Below, piece by piece: positions 55,801-64,000 of a stretch of 64,000 nucleotides of DNA (positions are counted from its first letter, which is position 1; each line of letters opens with the position of its first letter). The notes below the pieces were generated by a model. It had not been told where the DNA came from and did no database searches. It worked only from the letters and a program-made list of their open reading frames with translations. Both the position numbers and the translations under genes were made by a program. This DNA comes from Anthoceros angustus. Taxonomy: Eukaryota; Plantae; Anthocerotophyta. The stretch spans positions 868,001-932,000 of the forward strand of contig VJWM01000068.1 in assembly GCA_010909165.1 (NCBI GenBank), in the 5' to 3' direction.

Positions 55801-56412
55801 CTGCTGGCTTCTTCCCTTTTCTTCCTCGCGAGGAGGAACCCTTGGCATGCGGTTCCTTCCCCTTGCCCTTTCCTGCTCGAGGCATGGCTCCTTTCCACTC
55901 CAAGTGCTTCTAGGGGACTAAATTACTTCCCAATTTCAAGAGTTGGCAATTCCCAGAGCTTCCCTTCTAGGTTCTCACCCCCGTGCCACTGACAACAAAG
56001 CCCAACCTAAGACACAAGTGCACGTTAGTCCTCGTCGAACACCCGTTTGTTCGTAATTACTTCCGCTCCTCTTCCCCAGAAGCCGGGCCTTGCTTCGCAA
56101 AATGTCCGATGCCCCTCATAATGTCGTCACTCTCGATGTTGGCTGCGTCACCCCAACTGTGCTTCTCACAGCGTGGTTCCACTGCGTGGTGTCAAGCTCC
56201 TTTACGCTCCACGACCTTCGGCGTTTTCCTCCTGCGCTCCTTCTCCTTCTAGCTTCGAGCTCAGACCGCAGATAGGGTTCCTCCTTCTGCCTCAAACATG
56301 TGCCTAGCTCCCTTTTGCGCCCAATTCGACCGCGGCGGCATTGGCGAGGGCAATGGCAGCTTTCCTCTCCTCTCCTCTTACGTTCCGACTCAGTCTGACG
56401 AAGTGAAGAACG
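52895..56412 (-). mobile_element. 3' internal region of LTR retroelement A (Ty3/gypsy OTA-like) carrying a degenerate extra ORF
   Basis: Lies between PPT/LTR A and LTR B and contains the frameshifted ORF listed below; no gag/RT/IN motifs visible. Confidence 0.6.
53150..55885 (-). pseudogene. Frameshifted retroelement extra ORF A (basic N-terminus, plant-transposon-protein-like domain, coiled coil)
   Basis: Fragments in shifting frames: MPRAGKGKGKEP...QWAYTNLEFIEECY...ADWGTIMYEA...RPRPHLSTYLVHLWE...EGRLAQTEERVATTKK...AYKSRCEDGEWP. Confidence 0.6.
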
Positions 56413-57776
56413 TGTAGACTCTGGACTTCCTTGGGGTTAGGAAATAAGTGGGGTTTTGTTTTTCGTGTAGGTCGAATAGTAAAATAAGGCGGAAAGGGAG
56501 GAATAAGCACGGATGGTGCTCCTGACTGGAGTATACTCCGGACTGGAGTGGGTAACCCGACCCTGGTCCACTATGATGTCACAGCGACCGGTAGCAGGAT
56601 AAGTCAGGACACCACTGGTCAAAAGCAGGATAAGTATGCTGCAGTAATTTAGAAGTTGAGTCGTGAGGACGAATCGGCGCCACGTGGGCGGCCCGGGTGG
56701 AGGTCGGGCATGCGGCCAGACTGGGAGCCTTGCCAGTGGGCCGTTAGGCAGTATTCCGCGGAGCGGCGGCATAAGGCCAGTACAGCGGCGAAGGTGGCAA
56801 GTTGGTGCACTTCAGCGACGAGGAAGAGGCACCCTCCCGCCAGTTACTTCCTAACGCGCGGGAGAGGCCTCTGCGCGACCTTGAGATCTGCTTTCTTGGC
56901 TCCGCAACCCAGCTCAGCCTATCTCTTTGAACGCCAGCTCGGCTCACCGCTGAGGTTGAAGCGGCGAATGCGGCGGAAGAGGGCGATCGTGCAGGTCCCT
57001 GTCGGCAATACGTCGACGAAAGGAGAAGAAGGCGATGGGACCCAAAAAGGCTGCGGAGTATGGGAGCCATGGAACTGGTAAGAGCGCAACATTGTAACTC
57101 GGCGCATTATCCGGACTTTGGGCCATGGCCGAGGAGGCGGGAGGATTAGTCGAAGAATGGCATAGGCGTGTTCCAGCCGTATGGACGTTTGTGATGTCAC
57201 TGATCCCGGGAGTTCGCCGGGAAGATGCTGGCAGCGCCAACAAGGAGTTAGTCCCAGAACCTCGGGAGGATCCCGGAGATGGACCTTGGAGGTCACGAGG
57301 CGCTTACAACCGCCAACGGAGGAGGTTGGGCGTGAGTCGAGCCCCTCAAGGCGTAGGGAAAGATAGAGGCGGCGGCGTCTTTGAACGCAATGGACAACCA
57401 ACGGTGGTTGATATCGGACTGATGTATGGGTGAGGCGTAGCCGAATCATTGTCCATCGGAACTTGCTCACCAAGGTGGATCACCTTAGTGATAATTCTTG
57501 GTGTTCTGCATGCGCTGTGAGCGGGCAAGAGGGCTGACCGGGAAGGATCATCTTCGCGGGTTCAGCCTGTGAGGCCTGTCGGTGAGGCGAAGCCACCGCT
57601 GTAGGACTATCCCATACACCGATCCATGTGGGGGATTACTGAACTCGAAGGATGGGGAGGTAGGCGGGCGCTCGGAAGGGGTTGGCGCCCATCAAGGAGA
57701 GCGGGCAAAGCGCTTGAGGTAGAGGCCCGACCCACGTGAGTGTAACCTTGTGTCTAGGGACACCGTGAGGTCTACA
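56413..57776 (-). mobile_element. 3' LTR of retroelement B (1364 bp)
   Basis: Perfect 7-bp terminal inverted repeat TGTAGAC...GTCTACA; on the minus strand it is directly preceded by PPT-like TTGAGGGTGAA (57787-57777). Confidence 0.75.
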
Positions 57777-58152
57777 TTCACCCTCAATGTCGTTGTAGGC
57801 CTAGGATTCGGCCCCAAGGGAATGGTTTGTGCCAAGAGACGCTAACTTCTATCACCACCGACCTTTGCCTAAGTCGTGCTCACCGCTATCACTCTTACCT
57901 ATCTACTCAACTACTACTACCTTCCGACTTGTCCAACGACCGCAAATCCCATTTCACGACCGCAAATCTCATTCCACAACCGGGTAGTTACGACTCACCG
58001 AGGTGGGTCCCACCAAACCCTAGCAACTCATCTCGGCGCCATGGGATCCCTAGCACGGCACACTGTGCTCACAGATCGGACTTTATTTGGCACTCCACAC
58101 TTCATGCACCCACCAATTCCTAGAGACCAAAGTTCCTAGGATACCCGCGCTC

Positions 58153-58179
58153 ACACACACACACACACACACACACACA
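58153..58179. repeat. (CA)n microsatellite
   Basis: cacacacacacacacacacacacaca. Confidence 0.9.
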
Positions 58180-58949
58180 GGCGCCACCCCACACGGTTTC
58201 TACTAGAGACTTTGTTTTCCTTGTGCACTTTCCACGCCAAAGACCGGTTTGAGTTCTCAATTCACACAATTCTCCACCGAGGCCGCCTCCACCCGCCACT
58301 TACTCTTCCCACTTACGATCTCACACCTGATCGCTGCATGATTTGATCTCTCCTTCACCCGATCTCTCTCTCTCTCTCCCCTCCCTCAATTCGCCCACAG
58401 TGCTACCAACCATGCACTCACACAATTCGATTTGAACACAACTTTCGGTTTAAAGGTGAAGGAGGAAGAACCGGGCGCGAACAGCGCATGCAGCAAGCTG
58501 CACCGCCCCGCCGATCCCTTGGCTTCCTCCTCCGTTGTCGACAAATTGCTCCATCACCTCCTTCCCTCCGTTGCGGAGCAAGCTCTCGACCACTCCTGTG
58601 AGCTGCCTCGCACACCACCTCTCAATCGGACGTCTCCAACCATCCACAGCAGCGTGGGGATCTCAACCGAGTTATCTGTTGTGGTGGGCAAAGTTGCCCC
58701 TCTTATACATCGGCCGGCCGCCTGCTTTCCCATTTCTAGATCCTAAAAAAGGGACGCACCCACAATTCTAAGCGATCTTAGGTCCGGGGCATCCTACCCA
58801 AATTTCATTCCTAGGATGCTACCACCTATTGCCTCGCTATCCGCCCTCCCGACTCGTCACTTTGGCCCTTCGTCCTCCATCGCCGCCACGAGCCCTCCCG
58901 CCACGCCGATCCGACGGGTTTTCCACAGGACTTCCACCTCACCGCCACT

Positions 58950-61900
58950 GGACGCCTAATTGAGGGCATACCGCCCGGAGCTTCCGCCTCCGGGCCTATT
59001 GCCGAGGATTACCACGGTTCCTCATCCACCCAAGCTCGGACCTCCTCTTCACTCAACTCCTCCAAGGTCGCCTCCGCATAATAGGGGCCAATCCCCACAC
59101 TGGCGCAATGGTAGAAGTATGCACTTGGTCCTCACTTGAGGTGGTAGGACCCGATCCTCCTATTTCCACACGCACATGGGCGGTGAAGTTAAGCACGCGT
59201 TCCCCATTCACATATAGACCGTGCACGAAGTTTCCTCATCCATGTGCCGCAACATAATAGGACCTCTCAGTGAGGTGCTTACCCCCTCCTCCGTAGACTA
59301 CACCGTTGCTGGTCCATGTCCTCGCGGTGCCGCGCCGCCCCCATTGCCGCCCGCCACTACCACTGTAGTGGTCTCCACGACCGTCGTTGGTCCGGCCGTG
59401 GTAGGTGTTTGACTACCTTGGCTGCTTGTCCTTCCCTCGATAGTGCCTTCCACTACCCCCGGCCGTAGTCCTGCCACCTCGCTTCCCCTTCTCTTTTCTG
59501 GTTCGCCACGTGCCTCATCCTGCTCCTGCTTATACTGCTCCGCCAGCTTATGGACCTTCTCCACCGAGGCCGCCTCGCCTCCGGGCTCGCAACAACTCTC
59601 CCTGCATCTCTGGTTTGACTCGTGGGCATCCTTGATTTGAGCCATGGCGCTTCCTGACTCGTCATGGCTGCGGCTTCTCACAGGCCTGCACAAATCCTCC
59701 TCAAGCTTGATCTTATCTCCTCTAAGGCCCGCTTGTCTTCCTCCAGCTTGCTTGGCTTCTCCTTCCCAAACCCGGCCTTCACCACTTCCTCCGCCGCCTT
59801 GCACCGAGCCATGTGAGAGCCAAGGCCGCTTGGTCCAACAACCGCTTGGGCCCGGATCATCGATGTCGTCGGCTCACCAATTCCACTGCGGCGGCCCGTG
59901 CGGGCGCCATCCCTCCTATTTCCACACATGGGCGGTGAAGTTAAGCAGTTCCCCATTCACATATAGACCCGAGCACGTAAGTTTCCTCATCCATGTGCCG
60001 CAACCTAATAGGACCTCCTGCTGTAGCTGAGGTGCTTACCCCCTCCTCCCGTAGACTACACCTGGTTGCCTGGTCCATGTCCTCGCGGGGTGCCGCGTCG
60101 CGTCCTGTCGCCCCGTCCATTGCCGCTTCCGCTACCACGGTAGTGGTCTCCACGACCGTCGTTGGTCCAGCAGCCGTGGTAGGTGTTTCAGCTACCTTGG
60201 CTGCTGTCCTTCCCTCCGGTAGTGCCTTCCACTACCCCGGTCGTAGTCCTGCCACCTCGCTTCCCCTTCTCTTTTCTGGTTCGGCCACGTGCCTCATCCG
60301 TTCCGTTTATCGTTCGCCGACATGGACCTTCTCCACGAGGCCGCCTCCGCTCTGGGCTCAACAACTCTCCACTGCATCTCTGGTTTGACTCGTGGGCATC
60401 CTTGATTTGAGCCATGGCGCTTCCTGACTCGTCATGGCTGCGGCTTCTCACAGGCCTGCACAAATCCTCCTGAAGCTTGATTCTTATCTCCTCTAAGGCC
60501 CGCTTGTCTTCCTCCGGTTGCTTGTTGGGCTTCTCCTTAAATCAAACTGGCCTTCACCACTTCCTCCCGCCCTTGCACCGAGCCATGTGAGCCAAGGCCG
60601 CTTGGTCCAACAAATCTTGGGCCCGGATCATCGATGTCGTCGGCTCACAATTCCACATTGCGGCCCGTGCAGACGCCATCCCTGTCGAGCACCTTCCTTC
60701 CCAACAAAGTGCGCACCACCACCCGGCTGGCCCACCTCTGCTGCTGGAGTCCCTTGAAAATCTCTTCCCATGCCGAGGAGGGTCCGCTCGAGGTCGCCCT
60801 AATTCCTCTGGCCGGCTCATCATCATCGCATCCAGTCGGCAAAATTTTCTTCCTCGGACCGCGCCTCTTCCTCCGCCACCTCGCCCGCCGCTTTCATTTT
60901 CTTTGCTTTTTCCTGTAGCGCGCACCCGCTGACCAGGACGCGTCCACCTTCACTTTTTTTTGGGACCGTCTGCTCCGGTCTTCCTCTTCTTCTTGGTAGA
61001 AATTTCCTTCTCTTCCTCGAACCGCCTGCCGCCATGGACTCCCACCGTCCGATTCCTCCTCAATTTCCTCCTTAGGCTCCTCCGCTTCCACTTCACCTCG
61101 ACGGCTTCCACATATGAAGGAGGCCACAATTTCTACCTCTGGCGGGCAATTAGCATGCGCATAAAGATGAACTAGGAATGGTGAAATTAGAGAGGGCCGG
61201 GGTAGGAGAAATCGATTCAACCTTTCTTCACTCAACTTCTCAAGAGGATTCGTCCCCCGATTTTCCTTGACAACTTCATGGAGGAACAACAAGTGGTCGG
61301 ACAAATAATCCTCGCTTCAGTGTCAGAAAGGAGAAGCCATCCGCTGCACTCCATTAACTGGCTGCTACACCGCCCAACCATTGGGTTCCGGATTCGCCCG
61401 CCTTCACTGGCGGCGGGCCGGCCGTGCTCCTTTTCCGAGAAGGTTCCATCACCAAACCCCCTGCCTCCTCCTTGCTGCGCCCATACACTTCCCTAACCAA
61501 TGCCAGGTCCCAATCCTGAGGTTTTGCTCTAATTCCCTCGCCCGGTTGCTTGTCTTTTAGGTGGCGAGCGCACTCCTGCACCAGTCCCGAATTCGCGTAA
61601 TTCCACCGCTTCTCCATGAAGCCCAGCCCGAGCTCCTTCACCAGGCCCCCAGCTCGGACTTTCCAATGGTCCATGTTTGGCCATTGGGCAAGCGCAATCT
61701 CAGCTGTGGCTTTGGGCGCCATCCTTCCGCAGTAGTCCCCCTGGTCTCGCGCCTCAGACGGGTGCCACCTCGCCGCGAATTTCCTGGCAAGGTCAGCTTC
61801 CAGGGTTCCTACCTCCTCCGCAAGCCGCGCCGCCGCAGCGCCGCCTTCCTTCCACAGCGGGGGTTGCGACTTCACTGGTGAGGGTTCGAGGCGGCCCTCC

Positions 61901-62130
61901 ACCACGATCGCGCCCTCTCGCTCTCCGACTGATCACGGTCCGCCTCTCGAATGCAGCTCCTCGACGACCTCACGCTCCAGCCGCCGTTGCGCTCCACTCC
62001 TCACTGCCGCCTCCGCCTCCGCTTGAACGCCTCGTCACCCTACCGGTTTCCTTAGGGTTAAGTTTGGCCTCCACTACCGGTTGTCTTCTCGACCGCCCAT
62101 GCCCACCCACAACCCCATACTCATTCAACT
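58950..62130 (-). pseudogene. Frameshifted retroelement extra ORF B, homologous to ORF A (partial second copy at ~62515-63860)
   Basis: Fragments: RWNYANSGLVQECAR...LVREVYG...LPRPSLISPFLVHLYAHA...KLEEDKRALEEIRSSL...AYFYHCASV/GDWP. Confidence 0.6.
59154..60680. repeat. ~760-bp tandem duplication inside ORF B
   Basis: Copies begin atcc(c)tcctatttccaca at ~59154 and ~59909; many 1-3 nt indels. Confidence 0.9.
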
Positions 62131-64000
62131 CACTGCGGGTCGACCCTAACTTAGGAGACAACCCCAAATAACCACCCCTACCCGCATATATAGACCTTGT
62201 AGTGGATATCGAGGTCCATGGGCCAAGGAACACCGAGTTTTGACCATTTATTATCTAACCTAGGCAAAAACAAAAAAGAACTCCATAGGCCAAGGACATT
62301 TTACTATGAATATCCCCAACTACCGTCAATCGACTTATTTTCACACCACTCTCAAAGAAAAACAAAAAATTCACTTGGGCACATTTTAACAGGGTTCGAG
62401 ACTAGATCGTTTAGGTAGACCCCTAGGGCCAAGCAGGTCAGGGAGGAGGCGGGAAGGATACCGGACTCCATACGTCTGAACGGACCCTCACCAATTGCGT
62501 CCACCTCATTGCCGGTGGAGTCCCTTGAAAATCTCTTCCCATCTTTGAGGAGGGTCCGCTCGAGGTCACCTAATTCCTCTGGGTGGCTCATCATCATCAG
62601 TCGGCAAAATTTTCTTCCTCGGACGCGCCTCTTCCTCCGCCACCTCGATCGTTTGGCTTTCATTTTCTTTGCTTTTTTCTGTGTGGCGGCACGCCGACAG
62701 TGTGTGGCGTCCACCTTCACTTTTTTTTGGGACCGTCTGCCACTCCGGTCTTCCTCTTCTTCTTGGTAGAAATTTCCTTCTCTTCCTCGGGGCCTGCCAT
62801 GGACTCCCGGTGTCAGATTCCTCCTCAATTTCCTCCTTAGGCTCCTCCGCTTTCCACTTCCTCCACAGGCTTCCACATATGAAGGAGGCCACAATTTCTA
62901 CCTCTGGCGGGCAATTAGCATGCGCATAAAGATGAACTAGGAATGGTGAAATTAGAGAGGGCCGGGGTAGGAGAAATCGATTCAACCTTTCTTCACTCAA
63001 CTTCTCGAGGATTCGTCCCGATCGATTTTCGCCCGCCAACTTCATGGAGGAACAACGGAGTGGTCGGACAAATAATCCACTTCTTGTCTTTGTAGGGCGG
63101 AGAAGCCATCTGGCGGACCCATTAAGCATCTTTGTTGCCAATTCTCGCGTCGACCAACCATTGGGTTCCGGATTCGCCCGCCTTCACGGGCTGCTTCTTC
63201 TTCTTTGCTCCTTTTAGAAGGTTCCATCACCAAACCCCTGCCTCCTCCTTGCTGCGCCCATACACTTCCCTAACCAATGCGGTCCCAATCACGAGGTTTT
63301 GCTCTAATTCCCTCGCGGTTGCTTGTCTTTTAGGTGGCGGCGCACTCCTGCACATCCCGGTCGTGTAATTCCACCGCTTCTCCATGAAACCCGAGCTCCT
63401 TCACGGCTCGGACTTTCCAATGGTCCATGTTTGGCCATTGGGCAAGCGATCTCGGTGTGGCTTTGGGCGCCATCCTTCCATGATAGTCCCCGGTCTCGCG
63501 CCTCGGGGCCGGGTGCCACCTCGCCAATTTCTGGCAAGGTCGGACTTCGAGTTCCTACCTCCTCCATGCCGCGCCCGCGGCTCGCCTTCCTTCCACAGTT
63601 GCGACTTCAGGTGAGGGTTGGCGGCCCTCCACCACGATCGCGCCTCTCGCTCTCCGGCGATCACGGTCCGCCTCTCGAATCGGCTCCTCGGCGACCTCAC
63701 GCTCCGGCCCGTTGCGCTCCACTCCTCACCTCGCTCCGGCCCGGTTGCGCTCCGCCGTTTGAGCAGCTCTGGTCACCCGGTTTCCTTAGGGTTAAGTTTG
63801 GCCTCCACTACCGGTTGTCTTCTCGACCGCCCATGCCCATCCACAACCCCATACTCATTCAACTCACTGCGGGTCGACCCTAACTTAGGAGACAACCCCA
63901 AATAACCACCCCTACCCGCATATATAGACCTTGTAGTGGATATCGAGGTCCATGGGCCAAGGAACACCGAGTTTTGACCATTTATTATCTAACCTAGGCA
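60745..64000. repeat. ~1.75-kb tandem duplication (promoter and N-terminal half of ORF B)
   Basis: tggagtcccttgaaaatctcttccca at ~60745 and ~62516; the window end tttattatctaacctaggca matches 62247-62266. Confidence 0.9.

Larger units (their letters stand above)
57777..64000 (-). mobile_element. 3' internal region of LTR retroelement B, continuing off the right edge
   Basis: Adjacent to PPT/LTR B; carries an ORF homologous to ORF A; contains internal tandem duplications. Confidence 0.65.

Noticed and set aside
51616-64000. gag/pol or envelope glycoprotein genes; endogenous virus
   Set aside because: No CCHC knuckle, protease, YxDD, RNase H or integrase motifs and no transmembrane segments seen within the window.

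Overview
Eukaryotic land-plant nuclear DNA. The compact, GC-rich genes with short GT-AG introns look bryophyte/hornwort-like, but the species cannot be established from the sequence. Positions 1-48.4 kb are gene-dense: a PGAP1-like alpha/beta-hydrolase (running off the left edge), an FAD-dependent monooxygenase head-to-head with an intronless mitochondrial IscA, HDA8, an MTM1-type mitochondrial carrier, an ER Ca2+-ATPase (ECA), a tandem pair of NIN-like proteins (one complete, one lacking PB1), a ~2.9 kb array of 112-bp satellite units just upstream of the complete NLP, and a multidomain acetyl-CoA carboxylase. From 48.4 kb the window is accessory and TE-rich. An AT-rich island holds a 3-exon gene not visible as a single ORF. 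Its ~266-aa product looks like two tandem, catalytically degenerate dCTP-pyrophosphatase (MazG-fold) domains, each with an intron at the same homologous position; this is the most notable finding. Next come the 3' ends of two minus-strand LTR retroelements, apparently nested, each carrying a homologous large extra ORF just upstream of its PPT/3' LTR. No gag/pol is visible in the window. Several indel-riddled tandem duplications and homopolymer frameshifts suggest long-read assembly errors. All homology calls are from motif recognition and memory; no database search was run.
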